Assembly (NCBI GenBank): GCA_903952265.1
Contig: CAJBEU010000001.1
Coordinates: 51,992 to 115,991, forward strand
Source of the DNA: an uncultured Rickettsiales bacterium
GTDB taxonomy: Bacteria > Pseudomonadota > Alphaproteobacteria > Rickettsiales > Rickettsiaceae
DNA: 64,000 nucleotides
Direction: 5' to 3'
Under the pieces are notes generated by a model. That model searched no databases. It saw only the letters and a list, made by a program, of their open reading frames with translations, and was not told the DNA's origin. Below are positions 10,570 to 22,518 of this stretch, piece after piece. Each line of letters opens with the position of its first letter. Position 1 is the first letter of the stretch. A program made the translations under genes and the position numbers.

Positions 10570-10860
10570 ATGAACAACATAGAGCCCCTTTATGAGCGCG
10601 TGGTCATTGAACCAATAGAACAGGAAGAAAAAACTGGTGGAGGGTTGATTATTCCTGATACCGCAAAAGACAAGCCTATGCGCGGCAAGGTAATTGCTGT
10701 AGGTCATGGATATAGATCCGAAGATGGCAAAATTACTCCGCTAAAAGTAAAAGTTGGAGACGTTGTTGTTTACGGCAAATGGGGCGGTACTGAAGTGAAG
10801 CTCAATAACAAAGACTTAGTTGTAATAAAAGAGTCTGAGCTATTTTGCATTATCAAGTAA
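10570..10860 (+). CDS. groES: Co-chaperonin GroES
   Basis: [32 protein letters not shown], typical of GroES. GAGG lies 6 nt before ATG 10570. ORF track start 10558 is an in-frame upstream ATG. Confidence 0.95.
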   Translation: MNNIEPLYERVVIEPIEQEEKTGGGLIIPDTAKDKPMRGKVIAVGHGYRSEDGKITPLKVKVGDVVVYGKWGGTEVKLNNKDLVVIKESELFCIIK

Positions 10861-10897
10861 CCATCGTTTGTTCGATTAACTATTAAATTCAATCTAA

Positions 10898-12550
<1,653 letters not shown>

Positions 12551-12565
12551 AAAATCCTCTATTAC

Positions 12566-12603
12566 AAAGGGAGTCCCAGTTTATATGGGCCTCCCTTTTT
12601 TGA
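12566..12603 (+). terminator. Rho-independent terminator of groESL
   Basis: AAAGGGAG ... CTCCCTTT stem followed by a T-run, 16 nt after the groEL stop. Confidence 0.7.
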
Positions 12604-12807
12604 CGTGACTTTATTGGTTGAAGAACTTGGTGGGAATAATGTTCTTAAAGCTGACTCTTATATAGAGAATAATCCAATTTTTGGATTCATATCTAAAGTT
12701 TTTCCATTCCAGGCCCGACTGCACTTCTTTTCTTTTTTACATCAGTTGCGCAACGCGGGCGCTCATCTAATACCTTGATCTAAAACAATTTCAGAGTTTT
12801 TAGTTTT

Positions 12808-13689
12808 TTAAACTTTCGTTTTATTAGAAAAGAACTCTGAGTATGTGCTCCAAGCAGTGATGCAGATTATGATTGCTGCTGCAATCCATATGTTACCAGA
12901 GGGAATTTCTCCAAACCAAAGATATCCTACGATTGTAGTAAAGATTATTTCTAGATACCTATAAGGCGCTAAAGAGCTTAGATCCGTGTATTTATAGGCA
13001 GTTATCATAAAGAAAAATATAGCATTTCCAGCTACGCTCAAAGCTGTTAAAAGTCCTATTTCTTGTATGTTAGGTGCGTTCCACTCAAAAAAGACTAGGG
13101 GAGCAACCATTATTCCACTTAGTAAGGAAGAGAAAAAAATCGAATCTAGCAAAGGTATCGAAGTAGAATTTACCAACATTTTGTTAAATATTTCCATCAA
13201 TGCAAAAATGCAAGCAGAGCCTGCCAGTGCTACCACATGTATGTCTATTGCTCCTTTTTGTTCTGAGCAAATATATATAGAGCAAAAGGCTATTATTGCC
13301 GCTATCCATCTCTGTATTTTAACTTTTTCTTTGAGTAGTATTGCAGCAAAAGCTAAGGTAAATAAGGGTATCGTAAATCCGACTATCGTAGCTATTACAA
13401 TATGTACCTTTGTGACTCCATAAGTGCACAGCAAGATAGCAGGCACATACATTACGCTTCTTGCAAGATGTACTTTCGTATACTTACCTATTTGCATTTT
13501 GCCAATAAATGGCAGTAACAATAGCGCACTAAACATGCATCTTAACGTGACAATTTCTGAGACTGGAAGAGTAAAGCTTAGTTGCTTAGATATTGCATCG
13601 GTAAGTCCCATCAAAGTCACGCTAAGTGTAAAGTAAATAGCGCCTAGCATGTGAGCTTTGTTTGATTTAAGCTCTGTATTTAAATTCAT
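12808..13689 (-). CDS. DMT superfamily (EamA-type) transporter
   Basis: 293 aa, about 10 hydrophobic helices arranged as two EamA-like halves. Substrate cannot be inferred. Rickettsial EamA homologues import S-adenosylmethionine, but that is not shown here. Confidence 0.8.
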   Translation of the reverse strand: MNLNTELKSNKAHMLGAIYFTLSVTLMGLTDAISKQLSFTLPVSEIVTLRCMFSALLLLPFIGKMQIGKYTKVHLARSVMYVPAILLCTYGVTKVHIVIATIVGFTIPLFTLAFAAILLKEKVKIQRWIAAIIAFCSIYICSEQKGAIDIHVVALAGSACIFALMEIFNKMLVNSTSIPLLDSIFFSSLLSGIMVAPLVFFEWNAPNIQEIGLLTALSVAGNAIFFFMITAYKYTDLSSLAPYRYLEIIFTTIVGYLWFGEIPSGNIWIAAAIIICITAWSTYSEFFSNKTKV

Positions 13690-13783
13690 TATATTTTTTG
13701 GAAAAAGTTTGCAGCAAAAAGCGTTTAACTGGATCTCCCTTTTATGTTAGAAGAACAGTTTTTGTTAAGAATTTTGATTCTTT

Positions 13784-14785
13784 TTAGATGATTTGGTCTT
13801 TTTTGTAAAGGTGCTCGTAAGCTGCATGCGATAAAACTCTTCCTCTTGGTGTGCGATTAATAAATCCTATTTGTATCATATAGGGCTCCATTATGTCTTC
13901 TATTGCATCTTTTTGTTCCGATAATGCGGATGCTATGGTTTCTATTCCTACTGGGCCACCCTGATAGTTTTCTGCAATGAACTTTAAGTATTTATAATCA
14001 TTGCTGTCTAGGCCCTTTTTATCCACTTCTAAATTGTTCAGTGCAAAATCTGCGAGAGACTTATCTATCACATTTTTGTTTTCTGAAACTGCAAAATCTG
14101 CAACCCTTCTAAGTAGTCTCAGAGCTATTCTAGGCGTTCCTCTAGAGCGCTTTGCAATTTCTAATGCACCATCTTTTTGTATGTTGATTGAATATACAGC
14201 ACTAGCTTTTAGTATTATAACTTGTAGGGCGTCTGAAGAATAAAATTCCATTCGCAAGGGTATTCCAAATCGGTCTCTTAAAGGGTTGCTAAGTAGACCA
14301 AGTCTTGTCGTTGCTCCTATTAAAGTGAATCGTGGCAAGTTAATTTTTACCGATCTTGCGCTTTGTCCTTGTCCAATTAATATATCCAAAGAGAAATTTT
14401 CCATAGCGCTATACAGCACTTCTTCCAGCGCGATATTGATTCTGTGTATTTCATCAATAAATAAGACGTTATTTTCCTTTAAATTTGTAAGTAATCCAGC
14501 AAGGTCTGCTGCTTTAGAAAGTATCGGCCCAGAGGTTGATTTTATAGGGCTTTGCATTTCTGTTGCAATAATTGATGCCAAGGTAGTCTTGCCAAGACCT
14601 GGGGGGCCGCATAGAAGCACGTGATCTAAGGCCTCTTTTCTACTTTTTGCTGCAGATATAAAGACTGATAAATTGTGCTTTAAATGATCTTGACCTATAA
14701 AATTTTCTAATGTTTTGGGCTGTACTCTTTGATATGAATCTTCGTCTTTCATTTTGGGGGAGAGCACTGAGTCGTCCGAACTCAT
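13784..14785 (-). CDS. ruvB: Holliday junction branch migration helicase RuvB
   Basis: Walker [17 protein letters not shown], and the [14 protein letters not shown] sensor region. Confidence 0.96.
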   Translation of the reverse strand: MSSDDSVLSPKMKDEDSYQRVQPKTLENFIGQDHLKHNLSVFISAAKSRKEALDHVLLCGPPGLGKTTLASIIATEMQSPIKSTSGPILSKAADLAGLLTNLKENNVLFIDEIHRINIALEEVLYSAMENFSLDILIGQGQSARSVKINLPRFTLIGATTRLGLLSNPLRDRFGIPLRMEFYSSDALQVIILKASAVYSINIQKDGALEIAKRSRGTPRIALRLLRRVADFAVSENKNVIDKSLADFALNNLEVDKKGLDSNDYKYLKFIAENYQGGPVGIETIASALSEQKDAIEDIMEPYMIQIGFINRTPRGRVLSHAAYEHLYKKDQII

Positions 14786-14820
14786 GGAAAATAATTTTAA
14801 GAGTTAAAAGTATATGGCTC

Positions 14821-15405
14821 TTATTTTAGAGACAATTTTATTAAATCCTCCAAGGATAGTGTAGAATCTTCAAATTGCTTTTGTACATTTCTCACTTTTT
14901 CTAGAGCATCGGTATAGTTAATTCCTAGTGCAGTAAGTGCCAGAGCCGCGTCTACTAGGTTGGAGTTCTGATTTGGGAGTGTGTCTAAAATTTGGTACTC
15001 TTTTAGTGCGCTTACTTTGTTTTTAAGCTCCAGAATAATCCTATCTGCAAGCTTTGCTCCAATTCCTGCAACACTGGTAAGTAATGCCTTATCTTTTGTG
15101 ATTATTGCATTTGATAAATCGTTCGGAGAAAAATGTGACAACATGGACATTGCCATTTTAGTGCCAACTCCACTAACAGATTGTAGCAGAGTGAATGTTG
15201 TTTTTTCAATGTGGGTTTCAAAGCCAAAAAAAAGAATGTACTGCTCCCGTATCTGAGAAGAGACAAAAAGGTTGATGATTTGTCCGATAAAAGCTTTGTT
15301 TAAGACAGATTTTGTGCTCAATATTTGATATCCAAGACCCTGAGTTAAGACCATCAGGCTGTCTTCGTATATATGGTCTACTGTGCCGATAATTTTTGCT
15401 ATCAT
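14821..15405 (-). CDS. ruvA: Holliday junction DNA-binding protein RuvA
   Basis: MIAKIIG..GYQI.. N-terminus and HhH motifs (VSGVGTKMA, VAGIGAKLADRI). Directly upstream of ruvB. Confidence 0.9.
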   Translation of the reverse strand: MIAKIIGTVDHIYEDSLMVLTQGLGYQILSTKSVLNKAFIGQIINLFVSSQIREQYILFFGFETHIEKTTFTLLQSVSGVGTKMAMSMLSHFSPNDLSNAIITKDKALLTSVAGIGAKLADRIILELKNKVSALKEYQILDTLPNQNSNLVDAALALTALGINYTDALEKVRNVQKQFEDSTLSLEDLIKLSLK

Positions 15406-15406
15406 T

Positions 15407-16729
15407 TTAAGGCAGCTTTACCCAATGGGGATCGGTTGCGTTATATGGAGTTGGAACTAGAATTTTTAGATTTCCGTATATGTCAACCTTATATAATTTC
15501 CAAGCTCTGAAGCCATCAACAGCAACCGGATGTTCCAAAGAATAAATTAGGAAATGACCGTTTGGAGACCAGCAATGTCCTTGAATCATTCTGGCAGAGG
15601 CAACTATAGTTTCTTTTTGAGTGCGAAGATTTATTACTGCAAGACGAAAGCCTTGACCTCTTAGTATTTTTATACAGGCGACTCTATCTCCTCTTGGGGA
15701 CCATGTTGGTTCAGCATAAACCCCTTCTGCATTTGGACAAAGAGGCCTTACGTTGGACCCATCAGAGGACATTACGTATAGTTTAGGAGAGCCTGATCTA
15801 TCTGAGTTAAAGACTATATTTTTTCCATCAGGAGAATAGTTAGGAGAGGTGTTGATAGACATTCCTCTGGTTAATTTTTTTAGACTTTTTGTTGCTATCT
15901 CCAATTCAAATATGTGAGTTATTCCTTTGTGTGCAATAGAAAGTAGAGCCTTTGTGCCGTCGTTGGAAAATCTTGGGGCAAAGACGTTGCCCGGTACGCT
16001 TGTAAGTAAAATTTCTTCTCCTGAGTAAAGGTTTCTCAGGAATACTTTTGACATTCCTTTTCTAAAATCTGAGTAAATGATTTTATCATTTTGAGGAGAA
16101 ATTTTGGGGGAGATTGCAACATGTTGTCCATTCGTTAAGTATCTATGATTCTCTCCGTCATGGTCCATTATCGCAATTCTTTTGACGTATGAATTTTGAC
16201 TACTTTTGCTGATGTACTCCGATACATATGTTATTCTACTATCGAAATATCCATCTTCACCGGTAAGGCATAGATAGATGTTGTTAGCAATTTTGTGAGC
16301 AACTCGCCTTACTGAGTTTTTGTGAAATTCAATTAATTTGTGAGATACGCTTTTGCCTAGGACTACATCCCAGATGCGAAAGTTTATTGTGTAAACGTTT
16401 GAGGATATTTCACTAATTTTGGCATTTACCAAAATTGTCGCATTGATTTTTTTCCAAGCAGGAAAAAAAGGCGTGCTACTTATTGGAGATAATTGCTCTA
16501 TGAAAGCTTCTTCAGATATAGTGCTAAACAGTCCTGAGTTATTTAGATCCTGTTTTATGATCGACCTAATCGCTTCTGCCATATTTTGTTGTCCTTGATG
16601 GCAGTCAAAGGTATTGATTGCTATAGGAATAGGAGAGTAATTTTTTCCGGAAATTTCTACGTCTATCTGATTTGATAATGCGCTTGAGTATGAAAAAATT
16701 GAAAGGATATATAATATCAGGTTAATCAT
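15407..16729 (-). CDS. tolB: Tol-Pal system periplasmic beta-propeller protein TolB
   Basis: Signal-peptide-like MINLILYILSIFSYSSALS. C-terminal repeated propeller motifs (SPKISPQNDKIIYS, APRFSNDGTKAL, SPNYSPDGKNIVFNSDRSG, EPTWSPRGDRVA). ORF track extends to 16840; ATG at 16729 gives a proper signal peptide. Confidence 0.85.
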   Translation of the reverse strand: MINLILYILSIFSYSSALSNQIDVEISGKNYSPIPIAINTFDCHQGQQNMAEAIRSIIKQDLNNSGLFSTISEEAFIEQLSPISSTPFFPAWKKINATILVNAKISEISSNVYTINFRIWDVVLGKSVSHKLIEFHKNSVRRVAHKIANNIYLCLTGEDGYFDSRITYVSEYISKSSQNSYVKRIAIMDHDGENHRYLTNGQHVAISPKISPQNDKIIYSDFRKGMSKVFLRNLYSGEEILLTSVPGNVFAPRFSNDGTKALLSIAHKGITHIFELEIATKSLKKLTRGMSINTSPNYSPDGKNIVFNSDRSGSPKLYVMSSDGSNVRPLCPNAEGVYAEPTWSPRGDRVACIKILRGQGFRLAVINLRTQKETIVASARMIQGHCWSPNGHFLIYSLEHPVAVDGFRAWKLYKVDIYGNLKILVPTPYNATDPHWVKLP

Positions 16730-16916
16730 TTTTAGATAACTAGCAGTGCTCCGATTGAGAGAATACAGACTATTGCTAAAAGGCTTCTGTGTCAATTTTG
16801 ATGCAAGAATGTACTTAAAATAAGGGATATGCAGCTCCATTGACTTTATTAATCAAAGTTTATCTATTGACACTTAGAAGTTGTTATAGCTAGAATCCCC
16901 AATAGTGTAGTGCTTT

Positions 16917-16992
<76 letters not shown>

Positions 16993-17029
16993 ACTAGTCC
17001 TGTGTGTCTTTCTGTTATGCAAAGCTTTT

Positions 17030-17629
17030 GTGAATAATCCTAAATATAGAGTAATCTTGGCTTCTGCTTCTCCTGCAAGGCTTGACTTACTGAGTAAAAT
17101 TGCTGGACATACTCCTGAAGTGATGATTTCCGACATAAATGAGGATATACTTCCGAAAGAATTACCAAGAGTGTATGTGGAAAGAGTGGCGGTGGCCAAA
17201 TTATCCAAGATTTTGAATCAAATCGACTCGGGTTACGTTGTCTCTGCTGACACTGCTGTAGTTTTGGGTCGAAGTATTTTGCCCAAGGCCATAAATGACG
17301 AGCTGGTCAAATCTTGTTTGGAGAAAATTTCTGGTAGGCGTCATAGGGTTTACACCAGCATTTGTGTTGCTTTTAAACAGGAAAACTTGCAGGTAGTGAA
17401 AAAAACTTGCGTGGTTATGAGTGTGGTAAAGTTTAAGTGCCTTACAGATAAAGAGATAGATTGGTACGTAAAGTCTGGTGAAGGCATAAATAAAGCTGGA
17501 GGTTACTCTGTTCAAGGGCTTGCTCAGTGTTTTGTCTCTTTTTTGAGGGGGTCGGTATCGGGTGTTATGGGTCTTCCTCTTCTTGAGTTAAAAAATATGC
17601 TTTTGTCGATTGGATACAAAATAACTTAG
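17030..17629 (+). CDS. maf: Maf-like nucleoside triphosphate pyrophosphatase
   Basis: VILASASPARLDLL N-terminus, about 200 aa, C-terminal GYSVQGLA..F motif. GTG start. Confidence 0.85.
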   Translation: MNNPKYRVILASASPARLDLLSKIAGHTPEVMISDINEDILPKELPRVYVERVAVAKLSKILNQIDSGYVVSADTAVVLGRSILPKAINDELVKSCLEKISGRRHRVYTSICVAFKQENLQVVKKTCVVMSVVKFKCLTDKEIDWYVKSGEGINKAGGYSVQGLAQCFVSFLRGSVSGVMGLPLLELKNMLLSIGYKIT

Positions 17630-17686
17630 CGTCACTTTAGTAATTTAGACAAATTCTTTAGGGATTCCTTTGCTAAATTTTTTTAT

Positions 17687-18409
17687 ATGGCCGGACATTC
17701 TAAATTTAAAAACATACAACATAGAAAGAATGCTCAAGATTTGAGGCGAGCTAAGATTTTTACTAGAGTTGTAAGAGACATACAAAATGCTGCAAAAAGC
17801 GGAGGAGGAGATCCTTCCAAAAATCCTCGCTTATATTCTGTTCTTATTCATGCTAAGGGAATTAACTTGCCTAAGGATAGAATAGAAAGAGCAATAAGCA
17901 GTGCATTAAACACAAAGGAGCAAGATGATTATATCGAAATGCGATATGAAGGTTTTATTGACGGGATTGCCCTTATAATTGAGGTGTTAACGGATAATCG
18001 CAATAGATCTGCTGCTCAAATCAGATCTATTTTTAACAAGTATGAGGCATCGCTTGGTACTGTTGGTTCTGTCTCTTTTTTATTTATGCGCAAAGGGGTA
18101 ATTTTATACGATTTATCTATTTGCGATTCAGATATTTTTCTTGATGCCGCAATTACCGCTGGTGCTTTGGATGTTGCAAACGACGAGGATCATCATTTTT
18201 GTTATACGACTGATCAAACTTTTTGCAATGTTTTGGAAAATTTACAAAAAGCTCTCGGTAATTGCGCTGAGGCTTCGATTCAATGGACTCCTCTTGAGTG
18301 CGTGAAAGCTTTTGATGAAGTCACAAAAGAAAAAGTGGAAAGGCTTGTTGAAGCACTGGAAGCTTTAGATGACGTACAAAAAGTAAGTACGAATTTGATG
18401 GATGTCTGA
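17687..18409 (+). CDS. yebC: YebC/PmpR family DNA-binding transcriptional regulator
   Basis: MAGHSKFKNIQHRK signature N-terminus; 240 aa. Confidence 0.93.
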   Translation: MAGHSKFKNIQHRKNAQDLRRAKIFTRVVRDIQNAAKSGGGDPSKNPRLYSVLIHAKGINLPKDRIERAISSALNTKEQDDYIEMRYEGFIDGIALIIEVLTDNRNRSAAQIRSIFNKYEASLGTVGSVSFLFMRKGVILYDLSICDSDIFLDAAITAGALDVANDEDHHFCYTTDQTFCNVLENLQKALGNCAEASIQWTPLECVKAFDEVTKEKVERLVEALEALDDVQKVSTNLMDV

Positions 18410-18495
18410 ATTTTGGATTTTTTGGTATAAAATTCAAGAGTTCGATTTAACCTTAAGAATATCGTTTTTCATATCAACAAAGTAATCAAACCTTT

Positions 18496-20352
18496 ATGAC
18501 CAACTTAAAAAGTGAAACTCGCGACTTTAGTGCGGAAATAGGCAAGGTTTTGCATTTAATGATCAATTCTCTTTACACAAATAAAGATACTTGTCTGAGA
18601 GAGTTGATTTCTAACGCAGCTGATGCTTGTGACAAACTAAGATACTTATCTCAATTTGATCCTGCTTTTTGCAAAAGGCAAGAAGAGTCTAAAATTACGA
18701 TATGCATTGACAGACAAAATAATAAATTAAGAATCAAAGATTCTGGAATAGGAATGAATAGAGAGGAGCTTTTAAGCTACTTAGGAAGTATTGCAAGCTC
18801 GGGCACTCGTCGTTTTTTAGAGCAAATGACAGGAGATAAAAAAAACGATAATACCTTGATAGGTCAGTTTGGAGTTGGCTTTTATTCTGTCTTTATGATA
18901 GGAAGCAGAGTTGAGGTGAAAACTTGTAAAGCCGGAGACGATCAAAGCTATCTTTGGACTTCTCAAGGGTTGAGCTCTTATACCATAAGCAATTTAGACG
19001 AAAAGTGTGAGGGCACGGAGGTTGTTATATATCTCAAAGAGTTGGAGGACAATTATCTTGATTTTGATTACGTGAAAGGCGTGATATTAAAGTATTCAGA
19101 CAACATTTCTGTGCCTATCTTTTTAGAAAAATCTGAAAGCGTAGAAAAGACCCAAATTAATAGTGCTACGGCTTTGTGGGCTCTAAATAAATCTGAAATC
19201 TCTTCAGAGCAGTATAGAGACTTTTATCAGCGTGTTTTTTATGCAACTGACTTGCCTTGGAAAATTTTGCATAACAAAAACGAAGGTTTTGGTGGATTTA
19301 CTAATCTGTTGTTTATTCCTTCTGAAAAGACTTTTGATTTATTTTCGTCAGATCGAAAACGTAGGGTCAAATTGTATGTAAAAAGAGTCTTTGTTACAGA
19401 AGAGGGAGTAGATTTAATACCTTATTACCTCAGATTTGTTAGGGGCGTTATTGATACAGATAGTGTGTCTCTGAATATTAGTCGCGAGATGATTCAAAAT
19501 AGCCCGGCTTTGGCTACAATTCAGCGCGTTGTCACGACTAGAATCCTAAAAGTTCTTAAAGAAGCCATGCAATTGGCATTTGAAGAATACAAAGTTTTTT
19601 GGAATAATTTTGGTGCCGTTGTAAAGGAGGGGTTATGCGAAGACTCTGCGAATGTAGAAATTCTTTTAGAGTTGTGCTTGTTTTATAGTGCATTAAGTGG
19701 TTCTTACGTTACTTTGTCTCAATATTTAGAGAAACAGAATCAAGCGGAAAAAAAAGCTATATACTATATTACCGGAGAGTCTTTGGAGAGTTTATCTAAT
19801 AGTCCCCAGATAGAGGGGTTTTTAAAGCAAAATGTGGATGTGCTATTGATGATTGATGCTGTGGATAGTTTTTGGCTCAGTATGATAAGTCAGCATAAAG
19901 ACATTCCTTTTGTATCAGTTGCAAAGTCCAGCGTTGTTCTTCCAAATTCATCTTCTCAGGATTTGGGTGCTTCAAAGGATGCGTCTTCCTCTCTTTGCCA
20001 ATATTTTAAAGAATGTCTAGGCGCTTTAGTAAAAGACGTGCAAATTTCGAAAAAATTGGTCGATAGTCCTGCTTGTCTTGCTGTAACTGACGGCTCTATG
20101 GATTCACGCATGGAGAGGTTTTTATTGTCTCAGAATCACATATCAAGTATATCTGCTAAAGTGATGGAAATTAACTTTGATCACCCTTTAATTCGGCAAA
20201 TTAATTCTAAGGTACTAGAAGGGAGCTGTGATGAATCTACTAAAGATCTTGTATTGATACTATTTGACCAAGTTTTGCTTTCAGAAGGGGATCAAATCAG
20301 GGATGTGAGGGCATTTTGCAGAAGGATCAACGACTTGGTTATAAAAGGCTAA
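18496..20352 (+). CDS. htpG: Molecular chaperone HtpG (Hsp90)
   Basis: ELISNAADACDKLRY, GQFGVGFYS, and VRGVIDTDSVSLNISRE. Confidence 0.95.
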   Translation: MTNLKSETRDFSAEIGKVLHLMINSLYTNKDTCLRELISNAADACDKLRYLSQFDPAFCKRQEESKITICIDRQNNKLRIKDSGIGMNREELLSYLGSIASSGTRRFLEQMTGDKKNDNTLIGQFGVGFYSVFMIGSRVEVKTCKAGDDQSYLWTSQGLSSYTISNLDEKCEGTEVVIYLKELEDNYLDFDYVKGVILKYSDNISVPIFLEKSESVEKTQINSATALWALNKSEISSEQYRDFYQRVFYATDLPWKILHNKNEGFGGFTNLLFIPSEKTFDLFSSDRKRRVKLYVKRVFVTEEGVDLIPYYLRFVRGVIDTDSVSLNISREMIQNSPALATIQRVVTTRILKVLKEAMQLAFEEYKVFWNNFGAVVKEGLCEDSANVEILLELCLFYSALSGSYVTLSQYLEKQNQAEKKAIYYITGESLESLSNSPQIEGFLKQNVDVLLMIDAVDSFWLSMISQHKDIPFVSVAKSSVVLPNSSSQDLGASKDASSSLCQYFKECLGALVKDVQISKKLVDSPACLAVTDGSMDSRMERFLLSQNHISSISAKVMEINFDHPLIRQINSKVLEGSCDESTKDLVLILFDQVLLSEGDQIRDVRAFCRRINDLVIKG

Positions 20353-20425
20353 TTTTTTTTCAATTATAAAGCAGATCTGGATTCATTGAAATTTCTGACC
20401 TGTCTTATCTTTATTTAAGGTTTTT

Positions 20426-21655
20426 GTGCTAAGTAAATCCTCTCGGAATAAGTCTTTTGCTTTGTGGAACAGTATTGGGGTTGCAATTGAATATTACGAT
20501 TACGTAATATTCTTTCTTTTAATTCCTTACATGTCTTCTGCATTTTTTGGATCAGAGGATCAAGATTTTGGAATAATGAGAATGTGCCTGATAGCTGCCA
20601 CTGGTCCTTGGAGTAGGTTGCTGTTTTCGTTTATTTTCTCACACCTTGTGCGCCATTACGACGTTAGACTCATTCTTGTTTTTGGAATGTTTGCAATGTC
20701 TGCTGCGACTTTTTGTATAGGGTGGATTCCTGATTTTAGCAATATCGGAGTTACTTCAATTGTTTTGCTTGTTGTGTTTCGAGTGGTACAAGGCATAGCG
20801 TTTTCTGTAGAGATGCCAAATTCTTTGATTTTTGGATCTCTATATTTACCAAAAATCTTTAATATTTTTTCCTCTATAACAATTTCCAATGCTGCGTTTG
20901 GAGGAGTGTTGGCACATGCTATAATGTGGTTACTGGAAATTTATTTTTCAAAGCAGCAAATGTCTGAGTGGGCTTGGCGCATACCTTTTTTCTTAGGAAG
21001 TCTAATAGGCTTTGTAGGTATTGTTATGAGACGAAAACTTATTTTTCGTACTTCGTATTTAGTTGAAGAAGCTCAAGTAAAAGCATCATCGCATTTATCT
21101 GATTTTTTTAGGCTAGACATTTGGAATTTGGTAAAAGTTGCTTTGCTTTGGATTATTCCTCTATCAATGATTTTTAACTACATGTCTTTTCCTTATCTTT
21201 TCTCCAAAAATTACGGATTCAGTAGCCAAAGCATTTATCCTGCAACTATACTTGGCTTAATTGTTTCAGGATTGTATGGAATTGCGTTTGGAAAATTCAC
21301 TCAGGCTTTTGGATTTGCTGGCAAAGTTCAGCATCATCTGATCTTTTATGCGCTTTTTATGACGGTCGCGTGGATATTTTTGGGAAAATCCATAATTTCT
21401 ATTTATATTTTTTGCGGATTATATCAAATAGTTTTGACTAGCCTGATGAATATCGCTTCTAAGCTAAGTTTACGCGTATTAAAGACTGAAAGCAGAGTTT
21501 TTGTCATTGCTTATAATGCCGCTAATGCTATTTCTAGTTTTATCACTTTTTTTATTGTTCCGGGAAAGTATAATGCTTATTTCGCATTGCTTTTAATCTT
21601 TTCGTGCTCGGTTTATATGATATCTGTGGATAAAAGATCTAGAGCTTTTGATTGA
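20426..21655 (+). CDS. MFS transporter (metabolite:H+ symporter/ProP-like)
   Basis: 409 aa, about 12 TM helices. N-terminal IEYYDYVIF resembles the EWYDF motif of ProP-type MFS proteins. GTG start. Confidence 0.75.
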   Translation: MLSKSSRNKSFALWNSIGVAIEYYDYVIFFLLIPYMSSAFFGSEDQDFGIMRMCLIAATGPWSRLLFSFIFSHLVRHYDVRLILVFGMFAMSAATFCIGWIPDFSNIGVTSIVLLVVFRVVQGIAFSVEMPNSLIFGSLYLPKIFNIFSSITISNAAFGGVLAHAIMWLLEIYFSKQQMSEWAWRIPFFLGSLIGFVGIVMRRKLIFRTSYLVEEAQVKASSHLSDFFRLDIWNLVKVALLWIIPLSMIFNYMSFPYLFSKNYGFSSQSIYPATILGLIVSGLYGIAFGKFTQAFGFAGKVQHHLIFYALFMTVAWIFLGKSIISIYIFCGLYQIVLTSLMNIASKLSLRVLKTESRVFVIAYNAANAISSFITFFIVPGKYNAYFALLLIFSCSVYMISVDKRSRAFD

Positions 21656-21765
21656 GGCGTTGGATTGTGATTTTGTGTTTACATGAACATTGGAGCAAGA
21701 TAATGTGGGGTCCTCATAACCTAATCTTGTTGAATTTACGGGATTTTTTTGAATTATAACGTACT

Positions 21766-22467
21766 ATGAATACGAAGAAACAAGGACAATTGTGGTTTGT
21801 TGTGCATAGAGAAGGCTACGCGATCATACTTTTTGCTTCTATTGGGACATTTTTTTTGGCGATGTTGAGTTCTACTCTGGGCTGGATTGCGTTGTGTGCG
21901 ACGGTTTTTTGTTGCTATTTTTTTCGTAATCCTGATAGATTCTCTCCTGTTAATGATGGTTTAATTTTGAGTCCGGCAGATGGAATTGTGCAAAGCATAT
22001 CAGTTGTTGCGCCTCCAAAAGAGTGCGGATTAGAGCAAGGGGGAATGCTTAGGATAAGCATCTTTTTAAGCGTTTTTGACGTACATGTTAACCGAATACC
22101 TTGCAGAGGAAAAATAAGTAAATTATTTTATAATCCAGGAAGATTTATAAGTGCCACTTTGGACAAATCAAGTGAACAGAATGAGCGTCAATCTGTTGTT
22201 TTAGAAACTGCTGAGGGAACGAGGGTGGTGTTTGTACAGATTGCTGGTTTGATAGCAAGGCGGATAGTGTGTGAGCTTAAAGAGGGCCAAGAAGTTCATC
22301 CTGGAGAAGTCTTTGGGATAATAAAATTTGGAAGCCGCATGGACGTTTATCTGCCTAAAGATACCAACGTTCTCATATGCTGTGGCCAAAGAATGGTTGG
22401 GGGAGAAACAATCCTTGCTGATTTGGGCGATAGTAGTCGGGCTCTGTCTTTTGAATTGAAGAGATAA
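21766..22467 (+). CDS. psd: Phosphatidylserine decarboxylase proenzyme
   Basis: About 230 aa alphaproteobacterial-type Psd with an FGSRMDVY self-cleavage (GS) motif near the C-terminus. Adjacent to pssA. Confidence 0.9.
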   Translation: MNTKKQGQLWFVVHREGYAIILFASIGTFFLAMLSSTLGWIALCATVFCCYFFRNPDRFSPVNDGLILSPADGIVQSISVVAPPKECGLEQGGMLRISIFLSVFDVHVNRIPCRGKISKLFYNPGRFISATLDKSSEQNERQSVVLETAEGTRVVFVQIAGLIARRIVCELKEGQEVHPGEVFGIIKFGSRMDVYLPKDTNVLICCGQRMVGGETILADLGDSSRALSFELKR

Positions 22468-22518
22468 AGGTGGTTTTTTCGATAGTTACATATACTTTAA
22501 GTAGATCTTTAAACACTT

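Noticed and set aside
12671-12687. Perfect palindrome AATCCAA-TTT-TTGGATT in the groEL/EamA convergent spacer
   Set aside because: It is an AT-rich 7-bp stem without a flanking T-run on either strand, and it lies 70-120 nt from both stop codons. That is insufficient to call a terminator or a repeat element, and I noticed only a single copy.
13690-13783. Possible SAM riboswitch upstream of the EamA-type transporter
   Set aside because: The idea came from rickettsial EamA SAM importers. I cannot align the 94-nt leader to any SAM-II/SAM-V consensus I can recall. It is unsupported.
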